A stretch of 64,000 bases of DNA. Source: Amoebidium appalachense (lineage: Eukaryota; Protista; Ichthyosporea). Location of the stretch: contig CAVNZM010000001.1 of NCBI GenBank assembly GCA_963693365.1, positions 1,210,562-1,274,561 of the forward strand, given 5' to 3'. The notes below the pieces were generated by a model, which had not been told where the DNA came from, searched no databases, and worked only from the letters and a program-made list of their open reading frames with translations. The position numbers and the translations under genes are program-made. This document shows, one piece after another, positions 24,824 through 43,777 of the stretch (within the stretch, counting starts at the first letter, position 1; every line of letters begins with the position of its first letter).

Positions 24824-27800
24824 ATGCAATGCCGGAAGACAGGCTATGTTAATGTTACGTTGAGTAATGAAAAATACTTTGCATTGTTTGACACTGGGGC
24901 ATCATTCACGGTGGTTAGTGAAGCTGTTTTTTCCCGACACATGCAGGAGTTTGCCTTGCAACCCTCGGATGTGATTGTTACTTCTCAGAGGAAAAACGAT
25001 AAAGCTCTAGCTATCATGAGTGGTGAAGTGATGCTCCCGTTATGCCTCGGTTCTCAAACATTCATGTGGCCTTGCTTAGTAATTAAAAATATTAAGCATG
25101 ACATGATTATTGGGAACGATTTTGCCAACAAACACATTGCCACCACTAATCATCAAGCACACTCACTAACACTGGTGTCGGGGATGGTGGTGCCGACGTC
25201 ATCTTTGCACACCCCCTACACAATGTGTCCTGTTACCGTCAAGCACGACACCACCGTCAAATCTGGTTTTGGATGTGTATTACGTGCAACGGTGCAGGTG
25301 ACTGCTGCTGCTGCTGCTGCTGCTGCTGGCACCCTCGGTATCTTCGAACCTACTCGTGAATTTCGAGATAAGTTCCCCCCCACCATCTGTGAAATTAGTG
25401 TGGATAAATCTATTGCTGTTGTGTGCGAAAATGGTGTGGGTCCGGATTTGAACGTGTTCGGTACCATCGGTCATTTCGTTCCTACGAGCCGACATGAGTA
25501 CATACACGAACTGAGTGTTTTGCAAGCCGAACCCCACCCCAGTCGTACACAAACCGTCGTTGGTGCAATAGCGCAGTGCATCAGGTGGGCAACGGGGGGT
25601 GGAGAAGGTTGCCTACCCAATTCACCTCCGGCCGTGCCACCGGGCCGGGTGCCTACCGATAACATGTGTGGGCACGAAGGGCATGTGAGTGGGACACGAG
25701 GCGGTCCGATACATTCACCGATCGACCAATCAATGTGTGCCGTTGATCATGAAAACCCCCCCCCCCCGCGAAAAATTTCGGAAATTTCGGGTGGGGGTGC
25801 ACACGATGCCGGCCAGGCTCCCCACGGTTTTGATTGGAATAGGGTGCCTCAGAGTATGCTTCCGGATGTCAAGAAACTATTAGAAGCACACTCTCGTTGC
25901 TTCATCACTACGGACCCCGACGAATTTCCTCAGATTAAAGGATTCCCCATGCACATAGACACGGGAGATAACCCACCGATTCGATTAAAACAGTGGAGGT
26001 TGGAACAAGTGAAAGAGCAGGCTGTAAAGGAGATCGTAGAGGATATGTGTCGTAGAGGGCAGATGGAACAAGCACACAGTCAGTATAATTCACCCACCTT
26101 CGTAATACGAAAACCAAACGGAAAATACCGTCTGCTGACTGATTTTCGTGCTCTTAACAAGCAAATTCGAAAATCTGCCTGGCCCATGCCCAACTTGCAA
26201 CAACAAATAGAGAAGTTGGCTGGGTATAAGTATTTCTGTAAAGCTGATATGTCGGGTGCCTTTTATGTACCAAATGCTGCTAGACGCTGAGTCACGAGAA
26301 AAAACAGGATTTTCTGTGGCTGGTGTGCAGTATCGTTATTGTGTGGCACCACAGGGGCTAAGTACTTCCCCGTCCCAGCTAGCATCTATCATGACACAGA
26401 TTTTGGCCCCTCTGGCCGATGACGTGGTGGTATATGCCGATGATTTAGCTGTGGGTGCACACACCGAAAAAGAATTAATACAGAAGCTTGACCGACTTTT
26501 CACCCGTCTCGGTGAATATGGAGTTAAGCTCGATGGGGCAAAGACATACATTGGGCTCACGGAAATACCGTTTTTGGGTTGGATTGTAGGTGTGAATGGC
26601 ATTCGGCCCGACCAGAAAAAGGTTCAGGCAGTGAAAGATTGGCCGGTACCAAACACACTACACCAACTCCGGGGTTTTCTGGGTATTACTTCGTATCTCC
26701 GCCGTCACATTTTAAATTATGCAGAGCGAGCCCGGCCCATGAATGCCGAGTGTTACGGAGAAAAACACCGACGGTTAAAATGGACGGACGAATTAGATCG
26801 CTCGTTTAATGATTTAAAATCGGCGTTATCGGAGGAAGTGCTTGCCCTGCCCGATCTTTCCCCCACGGCCGGGGGGGTCAGTTTCTTATTCGTTGTGATG
26901 CTAGTCGGTTCTCGGAAGGGGCTTGCCTGTATCAAAAACAAAAAGATGGCAAGTTCCGCACGGTGGCATATGCCTCCCGGATGTTTCAACCTACCGAACG
27001 TAGGTGGAGCAACATCGAACGAGAAACGCATGCAATCTATTGGGCACTGAAAGAGTTTAGGGTGTACGTGTATGGTCGAGTGAATACTATTGTGGAAAGT
27101 GACCATAAGCCCTGTCTTTCTCTTAAAGGTGTCAAACGGATAGCAAACGTTACGGATGCAACGGTGGGCTTTGGAAATGCAGGAGTATGATTTCGATCTA
27201 TACTACCGTCCTGGCCCTACCATGCACGATGCTGATGGATTAAGCCGTATAGGATATATTCTGCATGAGAACGAAAACATACCACTGGAAAAGCGGGATG
27301 TGAAAAAGGAATTACAAGAGGTGCTCACAGCAGATTTATCCGAGCTTAGCTCGCAACCAGCCGAAGTGTTTGTTGATTGGGGTGATGCACTCGAATTCAC
27401 ACACATTTTCGATCCAGACCGCTTGAAATGTGCACAAATTTCTGCACTCAGTCAAGCCGGCCTGCCCTCCCTTTCTGCACTCGGTGGTGCCGGCTATCAG
27501 AAGGAAGCAATTATGATGGCACAGGGGGGGGACAAAATGTGTAAGGATATAATCACGTGGCTCCGGTGGCTTGCCTCCCTCGATGCCGAGGCCAAACGGG
27601 AATGGCAGGCAGGGGGGGAACGAGCTGCACACGGTCTTAATCTTGAGTATTTCGGATACAAAAAGGTTAAGAAAATAGCACAAATGTGTGTGATAGAGGA
27701 TGACGTGCTTTATCATGTGGCTAAGGATGGTCGTCGTTGCCTGTATGTGCCCGAAATCCTTCGTGCTGATTTATTAAGAAGTGTGAACGACGGGGGGGCT

Positions 27801-29108
27801 CATACTGGCATTGAACGAACTTACGAAAGATTATACAATTATTATTGGCCACGCATGCACAAAGATATCACTGCTTATGTGAATGCCTGCACTGCACACA
27901 GTGCCAAGGCCGTAACGATAACCCACACTTGAGAAGTAGGCCATTTGAACAGAGATACGAAAATTAAAAAATGTTCTCTCGTGTTTCTGTTGACCTTATG
28001 GGTCCGTTCACAGAAACGAAAAATGGTAATACTTTCATTTGTGTGTTTATGGATATGGCAAGTTGAACGAAGTATTTAATCACTGTGCCCATCCAATATA
28101 AGCATGCCGTTAATGTTGCACATGCACTCATGAATGTAATTTGCTATATACACGGCCCCCCTCAGTACACTCTTGAGTGTTCAAGGATCAGAATTTCTCA
28201 ATGAACTAATTGTTGAGGTTTGCCGTATAGCAAATATTGCACAAGTGAGCACCTCTGCATATCACCCACAAAGCAACGGTTCCAATGAACGGTCTCATAG
28301 ATTTATTAATAATGCACTCTCAAAGTACGTTAATTATGAGCACACTAATTGGGACACTCTGTTGCCGGTGGTTACACATGCATACAACACAACAACACAC
28401 AAAATTTTGCAATGTACACCGTATTATTTTGTGTACGGGCAAGAAGCAACACAATTCCCTGACGTTGCCCTTCTTAACAGTAACCACCCGGCACTCAAGG
28501 ACCCAGAGTGGAAGGCATACCGGCGAGAGTTACTAGCCCGTCTGCCTCTGCTCCGTGCTGTGGTCCAGCAACGTGCCGTACGAGAGCCCCCAGGCCCCTC
28601 GGTGGCTCGTGAATTTAAGAAGGGTGCACGGATACGTGTTCGGAATCAAGCCAAAAATATCGGTGCCTGGGATGTACGGTGGATTACGGGTTACGAAATC
28701 GTCAAAAGGGTCGGCCCGGTCACGTACGAGATCCGAAGCTTAGCAATTATGAAGAAATCTAAGTGGCACGTGGACGATATTCAGCTTGAATTGAGTGAGC
28801 AAAATAGAATTCGGCCTCAAGATCTCTCTCACCTCCCGGACACGGGCGATAGTCACAATTTCAACAAGGTTCTGCCGGACGAGTGGGTGGTGGAAAAGGT
28901 GCTTGACGTAAGAATTCAGAAACGGCGCAAGCAATCCACCCCTTACAAGTGGTACCAGATCAAGTGGGCAGGCAAAGATGAATCATTCACCTCTTGGGAG
29001 TGTGAGAAAGACTTAGCCTGCCCGGACAAGATCCGAGAGTTCCACCAACGCAGAGGTGACCTTGCATCGTTCCACAGATACATTGACTCATTGTGTGGAG
29101 CATGGTGA
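24824..29108 (+). pseudogene. Gypsy pol (protease, RT, RNase H, integrase, chromodomain), frameshifted
   Basis: LFDTGA; DFRALNK, YADD, FLGW; SDHKP; H-H-C zinc finger; SAYHPQSNG..ER; VEKVLD..YQIKWAG....SWE. Split over five ORFs. Confidence 0.92.
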
Positions 29109-30969
29109 CGTATGTCGAGGACGACATACTTCTTTTTACGGTGGGGCGTGTGGTATATTATACCGGATATCTAGTATGGATGTACCCAGGTTGAGATATA
29201 CGCGCACGTGTACATGTATATATACCACTGTGTTTGATCTGAGGTAGGCCAGTATGCATGTCCCCCCCCAGTCTTGTGCACATGAGCATGGATTTAGACA
29301 TATGTGCACGTGCAGCTTGCAGAATTATTCATGGGAAAACAGATATAATAGTCACATGGGACCGACACGTAGTAGAGGAACCACGAGCGTTTATGTCATC
29401 GTTTTATCATGGGGAAATATGCAAGTAGCCGTGAGGTATGACTGTGGAATGCATCGCTAGTCAAGTACTGTCACCTGATTGGCTCACTTAGTTTATTGGA
29501 ACCGTGATGCCATGGGACAGAACCGTGAACCGTATGTGATTGGCTCTCGTAGCCAAAAGGACATACCGATGCGCATGTCTGAGCCGCTGTGCGAGCTCCG
29601 ATATAAGGGCATGTCGGGGGCTTCAGAGCTCACTCAGTGTGCTCGGCTTACTAGGTGTAAGTAGGACTAGCACGTAACTAAGCAAAGCGTGGTCTAGTCA
29701 ACCCCGTTCATTTATAAACATATTGTTTGTCACAGACACACGATCATATTATACAACACCCGCACGCGCATGCATAAGCATATGGTTGCACTTGGCAGAA
29801 GGCATCATCGAACACGTACTGAGTCATACTCGGCCCACTGCGGATACGTACGCCACGGTGCGCGTTAAATCAGTGGTGCTCGCGATGCATATGCATGGCC
29901 CAGAAATACTGAGCATAGCTGCAAGCTTGCCAAGAAGTAGATATTAGTCTATTGTTATGTGTAATGTATGGTGCACATAATTAACAGGGGGGGGGACCGG
30001 TGCGGCCTTGGTCACAGCAACCGAATGACCGTCAAAACAAAACTTATTTGAGAAAACGAATTTCGTCTGCAACTTCGAGTTCAAACCCCTATATACGCAT
30101 AATCCCGTCGGGTAATTTTCATGGGTACACTCCTGCATTCCAATAATGACTCCCCGACTTTACACTACCAATGATTTGTTGACGAAGCACAACACAAGCG
30201 TACCAATCAAACGCTTTGCATAGCGATAAACCAATAATCTTCTTTCGGCATCTTTATGCTGAATAGGGGCCAACTAGAATGCCGTGCAACTTAGCGATTG
30301 GATTGGCGAAAATTGTTAATAAGCGTATGCGCGAGGCCCCTGGAATGTTGGAGCACTTTCAATCTGTTCTATGTTTCCAACATACACTGTGGTGCAACAT
30401 AAATAATAATAAGTCGTCATTTAGCTTATTATAAACTGCTTTCTGGGTAATAAAAAGCTTTTCTTGCACCGAGTGTGCCCAAGTTTCCAGTCTCGCCAGG
30501 GTCCATATATGATGCTTTCGATAACTCATCATTTCGATTTGACACCACTGATGCCGCAGCGTCCGCAGCATGTGCGTATAAGTAATCATGCAGATATATT
30601 AAAAAGTTACTTATAATGTTAGTGACCATATACACAACTAAGGCTGTCAGATTTCATATTGATAAGCTAGGTCTCCGGGGTCACTATTCTTTCCAAGCCA
30701 GCAACAGGGTAGTACGCTATAGTTAACAACACACGAATGCAAGGCTTCTAGTAAGCCGCAAACATAAATGTACAGTAACAAAGTTTCCACTACAGTAGTA
30801 CCCAACGTACGGAGCGGATTATTGCCATTTTCCTGTTTTTCATGTTCATGCGGTACGCTTGGACGTTTCCGTATCACCATAAAAAAAAATATTACCAGAA
30901 CACTACGGGGTTCGCAGCATATGTAAGGCCTACACTGTCCTGGAAATAGATCTAGAGGCAGAATGTTTC

Positions 30970-35442
<4,473 letters not shown>

Positions 35443-36040
35443 ATTGTATTCTGTAATGATGTAGGCCGTCAAGATTCTGAGCAGCAGACAAGACATATAC
35501 GTGTACATAGTTCTGTGATGTAAGTTCAAAGACCCTGGTGGCATCTTCATTGTAAATAGTTGTATATTTTGTTATGACAGAGGAAGACTTTGCGTTCTGA
35601 AGATACTTGATATAGTGAGTAAAGATTATGCTGATAGCATCAGTTCGGTGACGTATGCCTACTGTGACAGAAGTTTTCAAAGCAAGCCGGAATGTTTGTC
35701 ATTCTGGCTTTTGCTTTTTAAACATAAGGCCGCTCCTCAATGAGCCGAACGACCTCACAATAAAATTTATTCTACAACAATTCTGTCTCAAGTGACTGGC
35801 CCATTACACCATGCAAACACGAAAAACCGGGCATGTTTTAACAACACCAGCGGAGTCAAGACATGTATCTTTAATAAAGATTTGTTTTAGTTCAAAAGCG
35901 AGAGGGTCTAAAGCCTGCACATTTCTAGTTTAAGATCGAGTTCTATTGATTAAAAAAGAAATAGATTTCCCCAAAATGTATGTGGAGAAACCGACAAATT
36001 TTCACTAAAGGTCTCAAAACCCAAAAGTAGCTTGTAACCT

Positions 36041-37014
36041 GCCCCGGGCCAGAGTACACCAGACAAACATCATCTTCAGTGTCAACTGTGGGGGGTGGGG
36101 TGGTCGAGGTGGCAGTGGTGTCGGGGGTCGGAAGTGTTGATGGGATGTCGGACGGGAGATAAGCTGATTCGTCGAAAATCACATCACGGAATTCGAAGAG
36201 GCCGACACGATGGGTGGTGGGGTTGAAGATCCGGTGGCAGTGTGATTGAAGATCATAGCCGATATACATGCCGAGTTTGACGGTGGGGGCCAGCTTGTTC
36301 CGTTTAGAGGCTGGCACATGAGTGTAGGCAGGGCAACCGAACACTTTGAGCTCGGAGATGTCGGGCTTGACACCGTAGAAGACCTCGAATGGAGTACGAC
36401 CATTGGCAGCCGTGGACGGGGTGACGTTGATGATGTAGGCAGCATGTTGGAGGGCCTCAGCCCACAGTTTGGGGGACAGAGACTGATCTTGGACTTGATG
36501 GAGGAGGCAACGAACAATCTCTTGGAGGAACCGCATACGACGTTCAACATAGCCGTTCAGTTGAGGGCAGTCCACCGGAGCATAACTGGCCTTGATGCCC
36601 TGGGAGAGGCAAAAAGCACGGGTAGCCTGGGAGGTGAACTCAGAGCCGGAGTCGAAGTGGTAGACACCAACTTTGGAGGGGGCATAAGTAGCAACGAGGT
36701 TGGTGTGAGCTGTGAGAATGTCCAGGGTGGTTGTACGGTCGGCCATCGGGTAGATCTTGACGAGTCCGGAGGCACGGCAGACAGTGACGAGAGCAACCTT
36801 GGAACCTCCGTACGATGTTGTGGTAGGCTCAAAAAAATCCCAATGCCATTCATGACCGGGTATGTTGGAGTGAGGACGGTCACCCTTGAACGGAGCCTTG
36901 GTGGTTTTACCCATAATGCAGCCATGACAATCAGGAACATCACAGTCGAGGACAGACGAGGGGAGGCCAATAACAAGGTCGTGTTTCACCATGTCCTTGA
37001 TGCTGGTCATAGCA
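36041..37014 (-). mobile_element. Integrase part of an older host Copia copy; continues at 43778-45637
   Basis: CxxC, WDFF, HFDSGSEF, PQLNGYVER, VFGC, RDVIFDE. Joins 43778 across the TSD tagca. Confidence 0.92.
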
Positions 37015-40000
37015 TGTTAAATATTATAAGTATTTGGGATGAAAGCAGAGACACAGTGGTGCAGTGTGAAAACACCACAGACACACACAACAACAAAACA
37101 CGGAACGATCGGAGCAGTGTACACAACAGACATCAATGTTTAGACACGACTGAACTGAATTTATTCTGATCTTCGAATAAATACCTGAAATTCCTCTAAG
37201 TCCAATCCATACATGATTTCCGACCAGTCGGAAATCAGATCTATCTCTAATAGAAACCAATCACTAAGAACCAATTGCTTTCAGAGAGATCCGGTACGCG
37301 GAGACGCACACGATAGGACACAGACACTAGTTAAGGTCAACTCGTGTCATCATCAAGGAAATTCTAACCTATGACATACTGCAAAGACTCAGACATATCA
37401 CACTTAACCTTGATGATTGGTTAAAGCCCGGCAACACATGAAAACTAAAGTAAATTAATGAAGTCTAAACACACATGCTATTCTAAGTGTAGCCTAAGTG
37501 TGTTACCGTCCAATGAACACGTATTAAGTAACACAAATCTACCTAACATATATTAGTAGAAAAGAAATACGATTATACACATGAAGACAAGGAGAGAAAG
37601 AAAAGAAAATAAGGAAGGAGAAAGAGAAAGGAAAAGAGAGCACAGATCAACAAACAAGATAGTAATAGCATAACTATAACCAGAGATATTTATGTACACA
37701 CGAACATGTACACGTCTCTCCCTGAGTGGGTGGATCCGTGTACACACATATAAATATTCTAATCGATATTACAATACACGATAAGAGCCGATACAACACG
37801 ATTACAAGTATACAAGCATATCGGAGATCGATGCTACACTTTACATAATAGGAGTGTGGCATATACACTAAGCATATGAACTGAAACATAACACAAACTG
37901 AGAAGATCTTACCATATGTAGATACTACGTATTACAACATCCCCACTTAAGACTTTGAAGTTTGTGTTATCATATCCCCACTGAACTAGTGAAATCTCCC
38001 CACTTGAGAACAGAAACGGAAAAAAAAAATTAAAGTGTGTACTTTTCCGGGGGGGGGGGGGGGGGGGGGGGAAGGGGGGGGGGGGAGGGGGGGGGGAAGG
38101 GGGGGGAAGAGGGGGGGGGGGGGAGGGGGGGGGAAGGGGGGGGGGGGGAGGAACCGGGGCAAAAACAACGAATATGTATAACGTGTATAGTCGGGGTTGG
38201 ATTAACTGGGTTTTAAACCAGTGAAAGATAGAGTAGAGTGATGGTACAGGTCAAACCTTATATATAAACCCTAAGTGGGCATACCCACAAAGGCAGTATA
38301 CATATGAAATAATGATGATGATAAAGTAAGTAGTAAACATTAGAAAATCACTCTTGAAGTAGGACGGGTCAATCCACAATATCCGGCAGACAAAGTTTAG
38401 CACGATGGTTGACATGACTCGGGCCGGGGAGGGGTTTGGTGAGGATGTCAGCTAAGTTGTGGGCTGATTCAACGTAGTGGACAACCACATCCCCACTTGC
38501 AATGTAGTCCTTGGTGTTGTGATACCGGACGGCAATGTGTTTGGTACGGTGCTTGATGCCGGTGGAGTTGACGATGGCAATGGTCGACTGGTTGTCACAG
38601 TACACCGGAGTCGGAGCAAGCATGGGGCAGCCGAGTTCCTTGAAGAGGTCACGGACCCAAGCAACTTCTTGGGTGCCAGCATTGAGAGCAATCAGCTCAG
38701 CTTCAGTGGTGCTGGTGGCCGTGATGGGCTGGAGCTTGGAGTACCAGATGATGGGCATACCAGCAAACTCGATGATGTAGCCGGTGGTAGACTTCTTGCT
38801 GTCGGCACAACCAGCAAAGTCAGCATCCGTGTAGCATTCGAGTATGGGGGGCTGGGTGGCCGAGTACTTGTAGTCAATGCCAAGGTCAATGGTACCGAGC
38901 AGGTACCGGGCCACACGACGGAGAAGGTCCCAGTGAGTCTTGCCGGGGTTGGTGCTGAACCGACCAAGGAAGCCGATGGCATAGGCAATGTCGGGACGTG
39001 TGCACCGTGCCACCCAGAGGAGACGGCCGAGTAACTCACGGTAGGGCACGGTGAACGGTTGGGGGGGGCAGTCAGCCAGGGAGACGGTGGTGCCTGCAGG
39101 GATGGGGGTAGACTTGGACTTGGCATCGGTGAGGTTGAAGTCGTGGATGATATCCATGATGTAAGACCTCTGGTGCATGTGGAGGTGATGGGGATCAGAG
39201 TGATTAAAATCAACACCGAGCATACGGTCAAATGGACTCATACGACAGCTGGCCATCTGGCTGATGTGGGCAGCCAGGTCACTGGCAGCAGTAGAACCCC
39301 GGGTGTTGGTGATGGTGGAGTCGTCGACGTAGTTACCAGCCCGAACCACATCGTTGTTGGGGAAGAACCGGAGGTAGATGCACGGATCGGTCTTAGTACG
39401 GGTCAGGCCATGGGCAAGAAGAATGCCGTCGAGGAAGGCGTACCAAGCCTTGGAGGCTTGCTTGAGGCCGTACAGGGCTTTCTTGAGTCTCCAGACCTTG
39501 CCAAGTGTGGCCATGGTGATGAATCCCGGGGGTTGTTTCATGTAGATGGTCTCGGTGAGTGGGCTGTTGAGAAAGGCCGTAGACACGTCGAGTTGATGGA
39601 TGTCATGACCTTCAACAACGGCCAGAGCTAGGATAGCACGGAGAGCAGCCGGACGGATGACAGGGCTCTCAATCAACTCATAGTCAACACCGTATTGCTG
39701 ACTGAAGCCTTGAGCAACACCGCGTGCCTTGATCTTGGTGTCACCGGCCGAGTTGAGAGTTTTCTCGGAGACAATCCACTTGAAGCCGACGATGTTAGCA
39801 CCAGGGGGAGGGTCAACAAGTTCAAAGATGTCTTTGTCGACGAAGGCTTGATACTCAGCAGTGAGGGCTGACTTGACCTGGTCACCATTGGGTCCGGAAC
39901 ACAGTTGACGGACAAGTTTGGGTAGTTGGTCGATGTTGATGGGGGGACCGGGGGGGACTGGGGAGGGTGCCACGGTGGTGGCTTGAAGTCCAACCTTGCC

Positions 40001-43000
40001 CTGTAGACGGGCAGAACGACGGGGTGCAGGAACCGGGGGAGGTGGAGACGGGGGGGGGAACTTGGAAGTTCGGAATTGCAGGGGGGGGCAACCTCCGGGC
40101 TGGACGGGGCCGAGTGGAAGTTGTCGGGGGAGCCGGGTCGGATGGGTGTGACGTTGCCAGGGGCAGGATGAGGGTCGGCAGGCTGGACGGGCACGGGGGC
40201 AGGGGGGCCGGTGGGGGGGGGTGTCGGGGGAACGACGATGGCAGGAGGGGGGCCAGAGTACACCAGACAAACATCATCTTCAGTGTCAACTGTGGGGGGT
40301 GGGGTGGTCGAGGTAGCAGTGATGTCGGGGGTCAGAAGTGTTGATGGAATGTCGGACGGGAGATAAGCTGATTCGTCGAAAATCACATCACGGAAGAGGC
40401 CGACACGATGGGTGGTGGGATTGAAGATCCGGTGGCAGTGTGATTGAAGATCATAGCCGATATACATGCCGAGTTTGACGGTGGGGCCCAGCTTGTTCCG
40501 TTTAGAGGCTGGCACATGAGTGTAGGCAGGGCAACCGAACACCTTGAGCTCGGAGATGTCGGGCTTGACACCGTAGAAAACCTCGAATGGTGTACGACCA
40601 TTGGCAGTCGTGGACGGGGTGACGTTGATGATGTAGGCGGCATGTTGGAGGGCCTCAGCCCACAGTTTGGGGGACAGAGACTGATCTTGGACTTGATGGA
40701 GGAGGCAACGAACAATCTCTTGGAGGAACCGCATACGACGTTCAACATAGCCGTTCAGTTGAGGGCAGTCCACCGGAGCATAGCTGGCCTTGATGCCCTG
40801 AGAGAGGCAAAAAGCACGGGTAGCCTTGGAGGTGAACTCAGAGCCGGAGTCGAAGTGGTAGACACCAACTTTGGAGGGGGCATGGGTAGCAACGAGGTTG
40901 GTGTGAGCTGTGAGAATGTCCAGGGTGGTTGTACGGTCGGCCATCGGGTAGATCTTGACGAGTCCAGAGGCACGGCAGACAGTGACGAGAGCAACCTTGG
41001 AACCTCCGTACGATGTTGTGGTAGGCTCAAAAAAATCCCAATGCCATTCATGACCGGGGATGTTGGAGTGAGGACGGTCACCCTTGAACGGAGCCTTGGT
41101 GGTTTTACCCATAATGCAGCCATGACAATCAGGAACATCACAGTCGAGGACAGACGAGGGGAGACCAATGACAAGGTCGTGTTTCACCATGTCCTTGATG
41201 CTGGTCATAGCACGGTGCCCCAGACGATGGTGCCAGATGGATGGGTTAACACTGGTAGTGGCAGCCAGAGCCACAGGACGAGTGGGTGGTTGAATGGTGT
41301 AGTCCTTGAAGTAATACAGACCGTTGTGTAGACGGAGGTTGACGAGATGACGGCCGGTGAGTCGGTCGAAGAGGAATGACGGAGTGGAGGCATCATTCAA
41401 ATCACCCTTGATGTATTCGGCAGCAGCTTGGGATGTTGAAATGAGGAAGACTTGGCCAGACGGGGTGTAGTAGGCTTCAATGGTAAGGGTGGCAGTGCCA
41501 TGGTCGGTGGTGGTGTTGATGACGATATGGCCGGTGTGAGTGGCCAAGACGGGGGTGCCATTGAAGGCAGCAACGGGAGTCGGTGTCGGAAGGGGGAGTG
41601 AGGTCATGGAAGAACTCACGGGTGGGGCAGACAGTCATGTTGCACCCGGAATCCCAGGCAGGGTCGGAGGACACGGGGACGGAGCTAGCATTGTATGCCG
41701 AGAAAGCAAAGGAGACAGATTTCTCACTGCCTTGACGGGAACGGTTGTGTCTGGACATACGGCATTTCGGCTCAGGGCAATCGATGATCGTGTGATCAGG
41801 CTCGTGGCAGTAGGAGCATGCTTTCACGGACGGGGTGTTAGAACGAGCCGGAGAATCAGAACGACGGGAACCCGAGAAACGGGAACGACTGGGGGAACGA
41901 GACGTGGACCGGAAGGCAGGCTGGTGGGGGGAACGGGATCGGGTGTGCTGACGGGAGAGACGAGTTCGGAGGTCCGTGCCAGGGGTACGGTCAAGTCGGT
42001 TGCGTAAGTCACGGCGAGGAAGATCACGGGGGGGAGCACTGGCATTTAATGCCATGCTGGACTTGGAGACACGGTGGGTACGGTTGCTCCGGAGTTGCAT
42101 CTTGAGGTCTTGACGTAACTCGATGCCCTTGACGTGGTTGTGGAGGGACTCGAAGTCGGGGAATAGCTTATCACCGAAGTGATAGTCTTCGATAAGACGG
42201 TTGAACTCAGGGGTGAGGTCGTCTCTGGTGGTGAGTTCATTGAAGAACTTCTCAGCGAGACGAGTGAAGTGAATGGACTCATCTTGGAGGGACTGGAGCT
42301 GGTTCACGATGGTCTGCAGACGACTCAGGTAGGTGGTGAATGATTCACCGGGCTGAAGGGCACAGGCATCCCACTGACGGTGAAGGATGCGGATCTGATC
42401 GGGTTTGCCTTGGAGGTAGTGTTGACGGAATTTCCACATGGCCCGTTCAGAGTCCATGCCAAATTGAATACGGTACTGGGCAATATTGGTGAGGACGGAA
42501 GGGTCGATGTTCTGTATCATATGGAGCAGGAGGCAATTGCGGGCCTCCTTGAGTTCCGCGGTAGTGCCGTAGCCATAGAAGGGGGGTTCACCGTCAACCG
42601 CGACGGTGGTAGGGGGGACGTAGTTGTCAGCAAGTACAACATCCACGAGTCGGACACCTTTAGTGCCGGTCATCATGCCGAGAAAAATGATTTCCCATTG
42701 AAAATTGGTGGTTTTGCTATCGGGACCAGTCTTCCCTTCACCTTTCCACATGGTTATTTTGTTTACTCCAGTTTTGTTTGGATCCATGATTGAAAAAAAA
42801 CGAGCGCTAGTTCTAGATGTGTGTAGGGAGCGTGCAAAAGGGCTGCATAACCTGTTAAATATTATAAGTATTTGGGATGAAAGCAGAGACACAGTGGTGC
42901 AGTGTGAAAACACCACAGACACACACAACAACAAAACACGGAACGATCGGAGCAGTGTACACAACAGACATCAATGTTTAGACACGACTGAACTGAATTT

Positions 43001-43777
43001 ATTCTGATCTTCGAATAAATACCTGAAATTCCTCTAAGTCCAATCCATACATGATTTCCGACCAGTCGGAAATCAGATCTATCTCTAATAGAAACCAATC
43101 ACTAAGAACCAATTGCTTTCAGAGAGATCCGGTACGCGGAGACGCACACGATAGGACACAGACACTAGTTAAGGTCAACTCGTGTCATCATCAAGGAAAT
43201 TCTAACCTATGACATACTGCAAAGACTCAGACATATCACACTTAACCTTGATGATTGGTTAAAGCCCGGCAACACATGAAAACTAAAGTAAATTAATGAA
43301 GTCTAAACACACATGCTATTCTAAGTGTAGCCTAAGTGTGTTACCGTCCAATGAACACGTATTAAGTAACACAAATCTACCTAACATATATTAGTAGAAA
43401 AGAAATACGATTATACACATGAAGACAAGGAGAGAAAGAAAAGAAAATAAGGAAGGAGAAAGAGAAAGGAAAAGAGAGCACAGATCAACAAACAAGATAG
43501 TAATAGCATAACTATAACCAGAGATATTTATGTACACACGAACATGTACACGTCTCTCCCTGAGTGGGTGGATCCGTGTACACACATATAAATATTCTAA
43601 TCGATATTACAATACACGATTAGAGCCGATACAACACGATTACAAGTATACAAGCATATCGGAGATCGATGCTACACTTTACATAATAGGAGTGTGGCAT
43701 ATACACTAAGCATATGAACTGAAACATAACACAAACTGAGAAGATCTTACCATATGTAGATACTACGTATTACAACA
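37015..43777 (-). mobile_element. Full-length young Ty1/Copia retrotransposon, LTR variant B
   Basis: 925-bp LTRs at 37015-37939 and 42853-43777 with one difference seen by eye. 5-bp TSD tagca (37010-37014, 43778-43782). PBS GGTTATGCAGCCC from 42852, PPT at 37940-37951. Confidence 0.97.
38369..42787 (-). CDS. Copia gag-pol polyprotein (gag CCHC, protease, GAG-pre-integrase, integrase, RT, RNase H) with two frameshifts in homopolymer-rich stretches
   Basis: MDPNK start; CSYCHEPDHTIIDC; WDSGC; WHHRLGH; DSGSEF; QLDVSTAFL, LYGLKQA, YVDD; YTDADFA, CDNQS, ADILTK. The shift near 41590 is one extra G relative to 44180; a second lies near 40050-40270. Confidence 0.92.

Larger units (their letters stand above)
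24133..30016 (+). mobile_element. 5'-truncated chromodomain-bearing Ty3/Gypsy element 1 with 3' LTR (about 29149-30016)
   Basis: Order gag-PR-RT-RH-IN-chromo, PPT ggtggggcg, LTR from tgtggt to gtcaca. The LTR 3' end is inferred because there is no second LTR. Confidence 0.9.

Noticed and set aside
36246-37169. 307-aa plus-strand ORF, and the 295-aa equivalent at 40444-41331
   Set aside because: Antisense to the Copia integrase, explained by sense-strand codon bias. No recognisable domain.
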